From: an uncultured Clostridia bacterium
GTDB taxonomy: Bacteria > Bacillota > Clostridia > Monoglobales > Monoglobaceae
DNA length: 64,000 nt
Assembly: GCA_947589045.1 (NCBI GenBank)
Contig: CANQBQ010000002.1
Location: 76,915 to 140,914 of the forward strand
Direction: 5' to 3'
A program made the position numbers and the translations under genes. Under the pieces are notes generated by a model. The model was not told where the DNA came from and searched no databases. It saw nothing but the letters and a program-made list of their open reading frames with translations. Numbering within the stretch: the stretch's first letter is position 1; each line of letters starts with the position of its first letter. This document shows positions 26,631 through 36,274 of the stretch, piece by piece.

Positions 26631-27980
26631 ATGACGGAGAACGAATTGACCGAAAAGGTTTTGTCGCTTTTAAAGGAGCGAAGGCTGAGCGAACTGCGCG
26701 GTCTGCTGTCCGAGATGAACTCGGCGGACATCGCCGCGATGCTCGAAGACGTGCCGGAGAACGCGCTCCCTATTTTGTTCCGCCTTCTTCCCAAGGAGCT
26801 TGCGGCGGATACCTTTGTGGATATGGACGGAGACCAGCAGGAGCTTTTGATTTTGAGCTTCAGCGACACCGAGCTTAAAGACGTCATAGACCGTATGTTC
26901 CTTGACGATACGGTTGATGTTATCGAAGAGATGCCCGCGAACGTAGTCAAGAGGATAATCAAACATTCGACCCCTGAAATGAGGAAGATGATTAACGAAA
27001 TTCTGAATTATCCTAAGGACTGCGCAGGCAGTATAATGACCATAGAGTATATAAGCCTCCGTAAAAATATGACGGTCAGAGAGGCTTTTGACAGGATAAG
27101 AGCCACGGGCGTTGATAAGGAAACAATCTACACCTGCTATGTGACCGGTTCGGACAGGCGTCTGCTCGGACTTGTGACGGTTAAAGACCTTTTGCTCGCT
27201 GACGGCTCGGCTTTGATAGAGGACATAATGGAGACCAATCTCATTTATGTGGGCACTCTCGAAGATAAGGAAATAGTGGCGCAGAAGTTTGACAAGTACG
27301 GATTTTTGGCTATGCCCGTGGTCGATAACGAGGGCAGGCTGGTCGGAATAGTTACGGTTGACGACGCTATGGACGTAATTCAGGAGGAGGCGACTGAGGA
27401 TATTGAAATGATGGCGGCTATTACGCCTACCGATAAGCCGTATATGAAAACGGGAGTTTTTGAAACGTGGAAAAAGCGTATTCCGTGGCTGTTGCTTCTT
27501 ATGATTTCGGCTACGTTTACGGGAAAAATAATTCAGCATTATGAGGCGGCGCTCGGGACATATGTGGTGCTCACAATGTTTATTCCGATGCTTATGGACA
27601 CGGGCGGAAATGCGGGCGGACAATCCTCGGTTACTGTAATACGCGGTTTGTCGCTTCGCGAAATCGAATATAGGGACGTGCTTCGGGTGCTCGGTAAAGA
27701 GGTTTTGGTCGCGCTTTTGTGCGGCGTGACCCTTGCCGCGGCGGGACTTTTGAAAATGCTGTTTGTGGACAGAGTTGCTCTGAATGTTGCGCTTATAGTA
27801 TGCGTGACGCTTATACTGACCGTTATATTTGCAAAAGGGGTGGGCTGTACCCTGCCTATTTTGGCGAAACGTATAGGCTTTGACCCCGCCGTTATGGCGA
27901 GCCCGTTCATAACAACGATAGTTGACGCCATATCTCTTATGGTATATTTTAATATTGCGACGCACATACTGTCGCTTTAA
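26631..27980 (+). CDS. mgtE: magnesium transporter MgtE
   Basis: 449 aa with an N-domain, tandem CBS domains and a C-terminal TM domain carrying PMLMDTGGNAGGQS and SPFITTIVDA motifs. Confidence 0.95.
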   Translation: MTENELTEKVLSLLKERRLSELRGLLSEMNSADIAAMLEDVPENALPILFRLLPKELAADTFVDMDGDQQELLILSFSDTELKDVIDRMFLDDTVDVIEEMPANVVKRIIKHSTPEMRKMINEILNYPKDCAGSIMTIEYISLRKNMTVREAFDRIRATGVDKETIYTCYVTGSDRRLLGLVTVKDLLLADGSALIEDIMETNLIYVGTLEDKEIVAQKFDKYGFLAMPVVDNEGRLVGIVTVDDAMDVIQEEATEDIEMMAAITPTDKPYMKTGVFETWKKRIPWLLLLMISATFTGKIIQHYEAALGTYVVLTMFIPMLMDTGGNAGGQSSVTVIRGLSLREIEYRDVLRVLGKEVLVALLCGVTLAAAGLLKMLFVDRVALNVALIVCVTLILTVIFAKGVGCTLPILAKRIGFDPAVMASPFITTIVDAISLMVYFNIATHILSL

Positions 27981-28001
27981 ATTTTGTTGCGGAGTGATAA
28001 A

Positions 28002-29015
28002 ATGACTGTTGCGGAGCTTGATAAGCAGATTTCTTCAAATAAAATAAAAAATGTGTATTTTTTCTTCGGTGAGGAGCAGTTTTTGCTCGAAAATAAGGTC
28101 GCCTCTATAAAGGCGCGCCTTATCAACCCCGAATTTGAAATGTTCAACTTCCGTAAGTTTGACGGCGCGGGGCTCGACCTTGCCGAACTGGAGCGGGCGG
28201 TTATGGACTACCCGCAGTTTTCGGAGCACAGAATGGTGGTTCTGCGCGATACCGGCGTGTTTTCGGATATGCGTCAGGAAAAGTTTAAATTTGTGCGTGA
28301 GCTTATCCGAAATATGCCCGACTGCACCTGCCTTGTGATATGCGAAAAATCGTTTGACAAAAAGAAGCTCAAAAATGTGGACTTTATAAACGATTTCGGT
28401 GGTGTTACGGAATTCTCTTATCTCACTCCGAAGCAGATGGAGGTCTGGCTCGAAACCTCGTTCGAGAGCTTCGGTAAGCGCATACTCACAAAGGACGCCG
28501 CGTATATGGCTCGACTTTGCGGAAGCTCTCTCGGCGCGAATTACTCCGAGTTTCAAAAGCTGATAGCTTATGTGGGCGGCAGGGAGCGCATTACGAGAGA
28601 GGATATTGAAAAGTGCGTTTCAAAGTCGGCAGAATATATAATTTATGATATATTTGAAAATATAGTTGCAAATAACCGCGATAAAGTTATGACGCAGACC
28701 GCCGAAACCGCGTCCGACACACAGGGCGCGCTGAGCGTAATAACAATGATTACGTCTAAGCTGGCGGATATGCTGACGGTAAAGGAGCTTCGCGCGGAAG
28801 GGCTTAGCACTGCGCAGATAAAGAGCTACTTTTCTTTTAACGTGCCCGATTTTGTGATAAATAAAACCGCAGCTCAAAGCAAGAGGTTCGGCGAGCGGTA
28901 TTTGAGACGTATGATTAAAAAGGGCTTGAAATATGAAAATGATATAAAATGCGGCTTGATTTCGGCACCCGATGCGGCGATTATGTATGCGGGAGAGCTT
29001 GTCGCGCCCGAATAA
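28002..29015 (+). CDS. holA: DNA polymerase III subunit delta
   Basis: About 337 aa. The N-terminus VYFFFGEEQFLLENKV is typical of HolA. I prefer ATG 28002 (GGAGTG RBS) to the TTG at 27984. Confidence 0.8.
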   Translation: MTVAELDKQISSNKIKNVYFFFGEEQFLLENKVASIKARLINPEFEMFNFRKFDGAGLDLAELERAVMDYPQFSEHRMVVLRDTGVFSDMRQEKFKFVRELIRNMPDCTCLVICEKSFDKKKLKNVDFINDFGGVTEFSYLTPKQMEVWLETSFESFGKRILTKDAAYMARLCGSSLGANYSEFQKLIAYVGGRERITREDIEKCVSKSAEYIIYDIFENIVANNRDKVMTQTAETASDTQGALSVITMITSKLADMLTVKELRAEGLSTAQIKSYFSFNVPDFVINKTAAQSKRFGERYLRRMIKKGLKYENDIKCGLISAPDAAIMYAGELVAPE

Positions 29016-29194
29016 TGATGTTAGATGAAGTTATTTTATATTCTTTAACTATAATTTTTTGTCTTTTAAACGATTTAAGCGTATTAAAAATCAAAATTAT
29101 TCCCAAAAAACATTGTTTTGCACAAATTATTTGATTTAAAAAGCAGATTTTTGCGAATTTATCGGCGATTTTAATAAAAAATGAGCGGTGGCGG

Positions 29195-29222
29195 TTGACT
29201 TTTTTGGCAGAAATGATATAAT
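29195..29222 (+). promoter_or_regulatory. sigma-A promoter (extended -10) for the pectate lyase gene
   Basis: TTGACT (29195-29200), 16 nt, TGaTATAAT (29214-29222). Confidence 0.55.
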
Positions 29223-29263
29223 GATATAATAAATTATATTTTGTATTATCGGAGGTTTCCCAA

Positions 29264-32200
29264 ATGAAGCTGAAAAAGTTAATTTCTGTTGTTGCGTCAT
29301 TTAGTATGGTCGTTTCTTTGTTTTCGGGCGTTATCGCCGTGAAAGCGGAGGACACCGAAACCGTTTATAACTTTTCCTCGCTGACCGAGGCAAGTTACAG
29401 TAAGAACGGCGCGAGTGTTTTTGACGGCGCACTTACGATTTCGGGCGGTGAAAATATCAAGCCCGTTGCAGTCAACACGGCGATAGTTACGCCGCTCGGA
29501 AGCACCGAAAGCGTAACGAGCGCGCTTATTGTTAAAAAGCTCGCGGTAAAGGTGCATCTTAAAGCGGGTGAAACCGTTGTTGAGTATTACTGCGGTTCTG
29601 ACAGCAAGCTGTCGAGCGGAAAGGACATCGACGTTGTTGTGCAAAATTCGACAGGGGCGTCCGTTGCCGCCGAGGCTAATTCGGAAAAATCGGGTATAAA
29701 TCCCTACACAATTTCTTACAAAGCCGAAACCGAGGGAGACTATACAATAGTTGACTGCAGCACGGGCACAAACAGAACCGTGGTTTACGCGGTTGTTGTT
29801 ACGACGGCGGACTATGAATCGTCCGGCGACGTTACGCCGAGCGTGCCGCCTACGCCGACTTCGTCAAGCAATCCGAACCCGCAGTCGTCAAGTGCGACTC
29901 GTACCACGGTGAGCGGAAGCACGGCTTCTATCAGCGCACAGGGAACCACGTTTGCGGATAAGCTCCTTTTGGTGGCGGCGGTTGATGAGAGGGGAAGGCT
30001 CATATCCGCCCAAAGAGTCGGCACGTCTTCAACGCCGACTCCCACGCCACCGCCTCCCATCGACCCGGATGCCGTTTCGGAAATATCCATTGTACGCGAG
30101 GCAGGCTGGCTTGAAAGCTCGTATGTTATGTGGACCAACACGGTTGACGTGGAAAAATATAATGTTTACATAAGACCCGAAAACGGGGAGTACAAAAAAA
30201 TTGATGATGAGCTGGTGCGATATTACGGCTCATATTACAGAGCGGACGCGCTCGGACTGGCGGCGGGCAAATATCAGATGAAGGTTGCCGCGGTTCTGGG
30301 CGGAGTTGAAAAAGACTCGCAGGAGAGCGCAGTTGTGGAGGTACAGCCGCATATACGCGAAGGATATGCGTTTGACTCTCACTCTTTGAATTACAATCCG
30401 GACGGCGTCGGCGCGTACAAAAATGACGGTACTCTTAAAGACGGCGCGCAGATCATATATATCACGGACGCGAACAAGGACACCGTGACGGCTAAGGTCG
30501 TTACGGACGGCAAAGGCAAGGAAACGGAATGTCAAGGTCTTGCCGCGATCCTTTCAGCGCGCGAGAAGGGCTATGCCGACAGCACTCCGCTCTGTATCCG
30601 CATGATAGGTCAGGTGGAGTCGCCCGAGGGCAAAAACAGTTCGGGCTATATGCAGATCAAGAGTACCAAGAACGTGACCTTTGAGGGTGTCGGAGACGAT
30701 GCCTGCACATACCACTGGTCGTTCCTTATACGGGATGCGAAGAATGTAGAGGTAAGAAACCTTGCGGTCATGGAGTTCTATGACGACGGTATTTCGCTTG
30801 ACACCAATAACTTTAACTGCTGGGTGCATAACTGTGACATATTCTACGGTCAGAACCGAGGCGGCGACCAGAAGAAGGGCGACGGTTCGCTTGACGTTAA
30901 ATCGGGTTCGGATTACTGCACGTTTTCGTACAACCATTTCTGGGACAGCGGAAAATCGTCGCTTTGCGGTATGAAGGACGACTCCTACAAGGGTTATCAT
31001 ATGACGTATCACCACAACTGGTTTGACCATTCCGATTCTCGTCACCCCAGAGTGCGCGGCGACGTGGTGCATATTTACAATAATTACTATGACGGCAACT
31101 CCAAATACGGCGTAGGCTCGACTACACAAAGTCAGATATTTGTTGAAAACAACGTATTCAGAAATTGCCTTCATCCCGTGCTCATCTCGCTTCAGGGTAC
31201 GGATGCGCTCAGTGAAAAAGGTACGTTTTCGGGCGAGGTCGGCGGTATGATAAAGATGTACGGCAACGCCATTTACGGCGGAATTGCTCCGATTTATGCG
31301 TCCGAGACAAATACAAATAACTTTGACGCGTATCTCGCGCAGTCGAGGAATGAGATAGTACCGTCGGATTATACCGCGAGTACATATACATATGAAAACT
31401 TTGACACGGCGGACACTATGTACGATTACACCCCGACCGACACCGATAAGGTAGTGGTCAATGTTAAGACATATGCGGGACGTGTTGAAGGCGGAGATTT
31501 TCAGCATACATTCGTCAATTCCAAGGACGACGCGAGTTATGACCGCGACCCCGTTCTCGGAGACGCTTTGCAGGTATACAAGACAACGCTGAAAACCGAA
31601 TTTGTAACCGGAAATTACTATCAAAAGACGGACGGCGGCGAAATTCCTGCCGCGAGGGAGAGCGTAAGCGACCTGACCGAAGCGGATAAGGCAGAGCCTA
31701 AGCCCGCAGGCACTCCGGGAGGCAGTATAAGCAGCGACGCAGAGATTTGGCGTGCTTCGGACACGGGAGCTTCGGTAACTGCCGGCACGGCACTCAAAGA
31801 CGATTGGCTCACCCTTATCGGCGGCGGAGTCACCTATGCCTCTTCAAGTAGGACCATCAGTGGAGTTAGCTTTTCGGGAAAGATGAACGCTCCGAGCGGT
31901 CAACTCGCGCCGTCGCTTACGGGAAAAGGACAAGACGGTGCAACGCTGAAGTTTACGCCGCCCGCAAAAGGCAAAATCAAGGTATATATAAAGCTGAATG
32001 CCGGCAAGACATTTTATATAATCAATGAAAGCGGAAAAGCAATCGCGCAGTATGGAAACATAAGCGGAAGCAACGAGTACACAACGGTTGAGGCTGACGT
32101 TGAGGCGGGAGGCGTATATTACGCTTTCGGCGACGGCACCAATTCGGAGTACTGGGCGGCCGAATACGAGAAAGAGTCGGAGGGCGAATATTCGGACAGC

Positions 32201-32380
32201 GGTTCGGATGATGTATCTACGGACAGCGTAAGCGTGTATGATGTTTTGGAGACCGCGGCGACGTCCTCGGACAACACGGCGAAGTATGAGATACCGGGCG
32301 GCACGGCTAAGCTCTATGTGTATTTGTGGAGTAAAAGTCTGTCACCTTACGGAACTGCCGAAACGGTGAACGTCAAATAA
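29264..32380 (+). CDS. secreted multidomain pectate lyase (PL1-type catalytic core)
   Basis: It has a signal peptide (MKLKKLISVVASFSMVVSLFSGVIAVKA) and Ser/Thr/Pro linkers. The parallel beta-helix core carries GDGSLDVKSGSDYCTFSYNHF...HHNWFDHSDSRHPRVRGDVVHIYNNYY, which fits the PL1 R-x-P-x-x-R / NNY pattern. Confidence 0.88.
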   Translation: MKLKKLISVVASFSMVVSLFSGVIAVKAEDTETVYNFSSLTEASYSKNGASVFDGALTISGGENIKPVAVNTAIVTPLGSTESVTSALIVKKLAVKVHLKAGETVVEYYCGSDSKLSSGKDIDVVVQNSTGASVAAEANSEKSGINPYTISYKAETEGDYTIVDCSTGTNRTVVYAVVVTTADYESSGDVTPSVPPTPTSSSNPNPQSSSATRTTVSGSTASISAQGTTFADKLLLVAAVDERGRLISAQRVGTSSTPTPTPPPPIDPDAVSEISIVREAGWLESSYVMWTNTVDVEKYNVYIRPENGEYKKIDDELVRYYGSYYRADALGLAAGKYQMKVAAVLGGVEKDSQESAVVEVQPHIREGYAFDSHSLNYNPDGVGAYKNDGTLKDGAQIIYITDANKDTVTAKVVTDGKGKETECQGLAAILSAREKGYADSTPLCIRMIGQVESPEGKNSSGYMQIKSTKNVTFEGVGDDACTYHWSFLIRDAKNVEVRNLAVMEFYDDGISLDTNNFNCWVHNCDIFYGQNRGGDQKKGDGSLDVKSGSDYCTFSYNHFWDSGKSSLCGMKDDSYKGYHMTYHHNWFDHSDSRHPRVRGDVVHIYNNYYDGNSKYGVGSTTQSQIFVENNVFRNCLHPVLISLQGTDALSEKGTFSGEVGGMIKMYGNAIYGGIAPIYASETNTNNFDAYLAQSRNEIVPSDYTASTYTYENFDTADTMYDYTPTDTDKVVVNVKTYAGRVEGGDFQHTFVNSKDDASYDRDPVLGDALQVYKTTLKTEFVTGNYYQKTDGGEIPAARESVSDLTEADKAEPKPAGTPGGSISSDAEIWRASDTGASVTAGTALKDDWLTLIGGGVTYASSSRTISGVSFSGKMNAPSGQLAPSLTGKGQDGATLKFTPPAKGKIKVYIKLNAGKTFYIINESGKAIAQYGNISGSNEYTTVEADVEAGGVYYAFGDGTNSEYWAAEYEKESEGEYSDSGSDDVSTDSVSVYDVLETAATSSDNTAKYEIPGGTAKLYVYLWSKSLSPYGTAETVNVK

Positions 32381-32440
32381 AAAAATCAAACCGATTTTCG
32401 GTTTCTTCAGAGGAGAAGTATCTGTTTTAGGGGGGATACT

Positions 32441-33469
32441 ATGGCACAAGAGAAAAAACAGGTCACGGGCATAGGCTGCGGAGTTATTGTCGCTGTAATG
32501 ATAGTGATTTTGCTGGCGGTGTGGTTCATACCGAGAATATACGCATACAACCGCTCAACCTCAAAAGACGGAGTTGAAGTCGAGTTTGTTGTCGAGCAAG
32601 GTACTCCGCTCAAGACCATTGCCAAAAATCTGAAAAAAGAGGGACTTATAAAGTACGACGGTATGTTCGTCCGCAAGGTCAAGAGTATGGACTACGACAA
32701 TATGCTAAAATACGGCACCTTTGAGCTTAACACGGGTATGTGTATGGAGGATATAATAAAGGAGCTTGCGTCCGGAACTTCGGGCGACACGTTCACCCTT
32801 ACAATTCCCGAGGGCTATTCGGTTCAGCAGATTGCCGCAAAGCTCGAAAATGACGGCATTTGCACCAAAGGCGAATTTTTCGACGCGCTGGACGATGATT
32901 ACGGCTATGATTTTATAGACGAGATACCGAAGGTGGATTACGACTATAAGCTGCAGGGCTTTCTCTTCCCGAGTACATATGAGTTTTTCAAGGGCGCGAC
33001 GGCGCACGATATAATCGACAAGCTGCTCGGAGAGTTTGAAAGGGAGTATCAAAAGCTCGGAACGAACGGTAAACAAAATCTTTATGACACGGTTACGGTT
33101 GCGTCGCTTGTCGAGCGCGAGGCGCGGCTCGACAGCGAGCGCGCGACGATTGCGGGAGTTATTTACAACCGTATGAAAAATAATATGCCGCTTCAAATAG
33201 ACGCGGCGATAATATACATTTTGTCCGACGGAATGTATGACGTTGACCGCGTGCTGTATAAGGATTTGGAGTCCGATTCCTTATATAATACATATAAGGA
33301 ACCGGGTCTGCCGGTAGGACCTATCTGCAATCCGGGACTGAGCTCGCTGAAGGCGGCGATAAACCCCGAAAGCCATAACTATCTGTACTACCACACAGAT
33401 GAGTCCAAGCGTGACGGAAGCCACATATTTACCGAGACATATGACGATCATTTGTCAAGCATGGATTAA
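32441..33469 (+). CDS. mltG: endolytic murein transglycosylase MltG (YceG family)
   Basis: It has an N-terminal TM helix. LASLVEREARLDSERATIAGVIYNRMKNNMPLQIDAAIIY is the YceG signature. Confidence 0.9.
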   Translation: MAQEKKQVTGIGCGVIVAVMIVILLAVWFIPRIYAYNRSTSKDGVEVEFVVEQGTPLKTIAKNLKKEGLIKYDGMFVRKVKSMDYDNMLKYGTFELNTGMCMEDIIKELASGTSGDTFTLTIPEGYSVQQIAAKLENDGICTKGEFFDALDDDYGYDFIDEIPKVDYDYKLQGFLFPSTYEFFKGATAHDIIDKLLGEFEREYQKLGTNGKQNLYDTVTVASLVEREARLDSERATIAGVIYNRMKNNMPLQIDAAIIYILSDGMYDVDRVLYKDLESDSLYNTYKEPGLPVGPICNPGLSSLKAAINPESHNYLYYHTDESKRDGSHIFTETYDDHLSSMD

Positions 33470-33495
33470 ATATTTATATAAAATCAAAAAAAGTG

Positions 33496-33525
33496 TTGAC
33501 AAAAATCGATATTATGTGTTAGAAT
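33496..33525 (+). promoter_or_regulatory. near-consensus sigma-A promoter (extended -10) ahead of the glutamate synthase cluster
   Basis: TTGACA (33496-33501), 18 nt, TAGAAT (33520-33525) preceded by TGt (33517-33519). Confidence 0.6.
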
Positions 33526-33544
33526 ATCTATTACTGAGAACAAA

Positions 33545-33588
33545 GGCGTTTTCAGGTCTGTTTTTGCGACCTGAAAGCGTCTTTTTTT
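33545..33588 (+). terminator. strong intrinsic terminator in the leader of the glutamate synthase cluster (candidate attenuator; alternatively the mltG terminator)
   Basis: 14-bp stem 33545-33558 / 33568-33581 (two G-U pairs), 9-nt loop, then T7 (33582-33588). It lies about 12 nt after the predicted transcription start and about 70 nt before the first ORF. Confidence 0.75.
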
Positions 33589-33660
33589 GTTCCGTACACC
33601 GGGCATATTTGAGCCGAGGCAAAGAATATGCTTAATAAAAAAAGTTAGGAGATGTTAAAA

Positions 33661-34758
33661 ATGCTTCTTAAGGAAGGGACTGTTAGAATACCGTCGGGCT
33701 GTGCAATTTCGGGCTTGATAAGCAGAGACGGCAGACGAATTAACGGCTCTGAAATCGTCAAGTCGATTTCGTATATGCACGAGAGGTCTAACGGTTTAGG
33801 AGGCGGATTTGCGGGATACGGTATCTATCCCGAGTACAAGGATTTGTACGCTTTTCACGTATTCTACGAGGATAATTCGTCGCGCGAGGAGACAGAGAGG
33901 TTTTTGGACAGGCATTTCGACGTTGTAAACCTGAGCCGAATACCGACAAGAAAACACAAAAACATTACGGACGAACCGCTCATATGGCGTTATTTTGTAA
34001 CGCCTTTGCCGACAAAGCTCGCGGCAAGCCAGCTTGACGAGAAGGAGTTTGTGGTAAAGTGCGTTATCAGGATAAACACCCGAATAGACGGCGCGTACGT
34101 TTTTTCGAGCGGAAAAAATATGGGCGTTTTCAAAGCGGTCGGATACCCCGAGGACGTTGGCGACTTCTACCGTTTGGAGGAGTACGACGGCTATTCGTGG
34201 ACGGCACACGGACGTTACCCGACGAACACCCCCGGCTGGTGGGGAGGCGCGCACCCGTTTGCGCTTTTGGACTACACGATAGTACACAACGGTGAAATAT
34301 CTTCTTATGACGCAAACAAGCGTTTTATAGAGATGTTCGGTTACAAGTGCAATCTTTTGACCGATACCGAGGTTATAACCTACATATTCGACTATCTGAA
34401 CAGGAAACAGCATTTGCCGCTTGAGGATATCGCGTCTGTTGTGGCGGCTCCGTTTTGGAATGAGATTGAGGATATGCCCGCCGAACAGCGTGAAAAGATG
34501 AAGCTGCTTCGCGGAATGTTTGCGAGCTTGCTGATTACGGGACCGTTTTCCATTATTCTCGGCTTTGAGGGCGGTCTTATGGCGCTTAACGACAGGCTTA
34601 AGCTACGCTCGATGGTGGTCGGAGAAAAGGATGACGTGGTTTATATCGCGAGCGAGGAGGCGGCAATACGCGCTATTTGCCCCGACGCGGAGAACTTATG
34701 GTCGCCGAAGGGCGGAGAGCCCGTTATTGTCAAGGTTAACGGAGGTGTGGATTTCTGA
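33661..34758 (+). CDS. glutamate synthase domain-1-like class II (Ntn) glutamine amidotransferase
   Basis: RIPSGCAISGLIS carries the candidate nucleophile Cys. The protein resembles stand-alone GltS amidotransferase-domain proteins. ATG 33661 is preferred to 33652, which is only 1 nt from GGAG. Confidence 0.8.
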   Translation: MLLKEGTVRIPSGCAISGLISRDGRRINGSEIVKSISYMHERSNGLGGGFAGYGIYPEYKDLYAFHVFYEDNSSREETERFLDRHFDVVNLSRIPTRKHKNITDEPLIWRYFVTPLPTKLAASQLDEKEFVVKCVIRINTRIDGAYVFSSGKNMGVFKAVGYPEDVGDFYRLEEYDGYSWTAHGRYPTNTPGWWGGAHPFALLDYTIVHNGEISSYDANKRFIEMFGYKCNLLTDTEVITYIFDYLNRKQHLPLEDIASVVAAPFWNEIEDMPAEQREKMKLLRGMFASLLITGPFSIILGFEGGLMALNDRLKLRSMVVGEKDDVVYIASEEAAIRAICPDAENLWSPKGGEPVIVKVNGGVDF

Positions 34759-36263
34759 TGCCTATAAATTACATATATCCGAAGTATGATGTTGTGCGCG
34801 ACAGCACAAGATGTATAAAATGCGGCGCGTGTATGCGCCAGTGTGCGAATGAGGTTCATTCATACGATGACGAGCTGGACGTTATGAAGTCGGACAGTAT
34901 GGACTGCGTGGACTGCCAGAGATGCGTTTCTATCTGCCCGACCCGCGCTCTTAAAATTATCCCCGCTGAAAATCGCTTAAGACCCAACGGAAGCTGGTCT
35001 CAGGACGATATTTACGAAATTTACAGACAGGCGGAGGGCGGCGGCGTACTGTTGTCAAGTATGGGAACTCCCAAAAATTATCCTATATACTGGGATAAAA
35101 TGCTCATTAACGCGAGTCAGGTTACAAACCCGTCCATAGACCCGCTCCGCGAGCCTATGGAAACGCGCGTGTTTTTGGGCAAGAAGCCCGGAAAGCTGGA
35201 GTTTGACAGGAAAGGCAAAATAACCACAAAGCTCGGACCGCATCTTGAGCTGAATGTTCCCATTATGTTTTCCGCTATGAGCTACGGCTCTATCAGCAAG
35301 AACGCGCACGAAAGTCTTGCGCGTGCGGCGGAGGAACTCGGAACATATTACAACACGGGCGAGGGCGGCTTGCACAAGGACTTTTACAAATACGGCAAGA
35401 ACACCATAGTTCAGGTCGCTTCGGGACGTTTCGGCGTACACGAGGAGTATCTGAACGCAGGTTCGGCTATCGAGATTAAAATGGGACAGGGCGCAAAGCC
35501 CGGTATCGGAGGACATCTGCCCGGCGCGAAAATCCGCGAGGAGGTTTCGCGCACAAGAATGATCCCCATGGGCGCGGACGCTATTTCTCCCGCACCGCAC
35601 CACGATATATATTCAATAGAGGATTTGCGTCAGCTTGTATTCTCGCTTAAAGAGGCTACGAACTACACCAAGCCCGTAATAGTAAAAATTGCGGCGGTTC
35701 ATAACGTGGCGGCTATCGCATCGGGTATTGCAAGAAGCGGCGCGGACATAATCGCAATCGACGGCTTCCGTGGCGGTACGGGCGCAGCTCCGACAAGGAC
35801 GAGAGACAACGTGGGTATTCCGATAGAGCTTGCGCTCGCTTCGGTTGACCAGCGCTTGCGCGACGAGGGTATAAGAAACGATGTTTCGATAGTGGTCGGA
35901 GGAAGCATAAGAAACAGCGCCGATATTGTAAAGGCGGTTGCGCTCGGCGCGGACGCGGTTTATATCGCATCCGCCGCTCTTATGGCTCTCGGCTGTCACC
36001 AGTGCCACTCCTGTCACCTCGGCAAGTGCAACTGGGGTATCGCGACGCAAAGACCCGATTTGGTAAAGCGTCTTAACCCCGAGGTCGGTTACAAAAGACT
36101 TGTAAATCTTGTAAATGCGTGGAACTACGAGATAAAGGAAATTCTCGGCGGTATGGGAATTAACTCGATAGAAGCTCTCAAGGGCAACAGACTTATGCTT
36201 CGCGGCGTCGGACTTGCCGATAAAGAGCTTGAAATTCTCGGAATTAAACACGCGGGCGAATAG
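34758..36263 (+). CDS. glutamate synthase domain-2-like FMN/Fe-S protein with N-terminal 2x[4Fe-4S] ferredoxin module
   Basis: CIKCGACMRQC and CVDCQRCVSICP clusters are followed by the GltS FMN-domain motifs (MSYGSIS, GEGG, KMGQGAKPGIGGHLPG, GFRGGTGAAP). ATGA start/stop overlap with the upstream gene. Confidence 0.9.
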   Translation: MPINYIYPKYDVVRDSTRCIKCGACMRQCANEVHSYDDELDVMKSDSMDCVDCQRCVSICPTRALKIIPAENRLRPNGSWSQDDIYEIYRQAEGGGVLLSSMGTPKNYPIYWDKMLINASQVTNPSIDPLREPMETRVFLGKKPGKLEFDRKGKITTKLGPHLELNVPIMFSAMSYGSISKNAHESLARAAEELGTYYNTGEGGLHKDFYKYGKNTIVQVASGRFGVHEEYLNAGSAIEIKMGQGAKPGIGGHLPGAKIREEVSRTRMIPMGADAISPAPHHDIYSIEDLRQLVFSLKEATNYTKPVIVKIAAVHNVAAIASGIARSGADIIAIDGFRGGTGAAPTRTRDNVGIPIELALASVDQRLRDEGIRNDVSIVVGGSIRNSADIVKAVALGADAVYIASAALMALGCHQCHSCHLGKCNWGIATQRPDLVKRLNPEVGYKRLVNLVNAWNYEIKEILGGMGINSIEALKGNRLMLRGVGLADKELEILGIKHAGE

Positions 36264-36274
36264 GAGGGGATATT

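Noticed and set aside
26670-27965. 431-aa ORF antisense to mgtE, and similar long antisense ORFs (7523-8527, 9640-10395, 12006-12908, 16521-17531, 30554-31624, 45487-46584, 48495-49217, 59197-59793)
   Set aside because: Each lies entirely within, and opposite to, a gene with unmistakable conserved motifs. Their translations are Arg/His/Ser-rich low-complexity strings with no RBS. They are typical shadow ORFs.
29006-29134. Small hydrophobic ORF (MMLDEVILYSLTIIFCLLNDLSVLKIKIIPKKHCFAQII) after holA
   Set aside because: There is no Shine-Dalgarno sequence, it overlaps the holA stop region, and its composition is that of AT-rich intergenic DNA. The evidence is insufficient.
29215-29230. Tandem GATATAAT GATATAAT direct repeat
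   Set aside because: It has only two 8-nt copies and coincides with the -10 region of the pectate lyase promoter. It is not a CRISPR-like or mobile-element repeat.
33470-33533. A second ANTAR-type hexaloop hairpin upstream of the 33534-33555 hairpin
   Set aside because: I searched for stems closing A..G.. hexaloops. The only candidate (TCAA/TTGA around 33484-33499) has an 8-nt loop and lies within the promoter. The two-hairpin ANTAR architecture is therefore not demonstrated.
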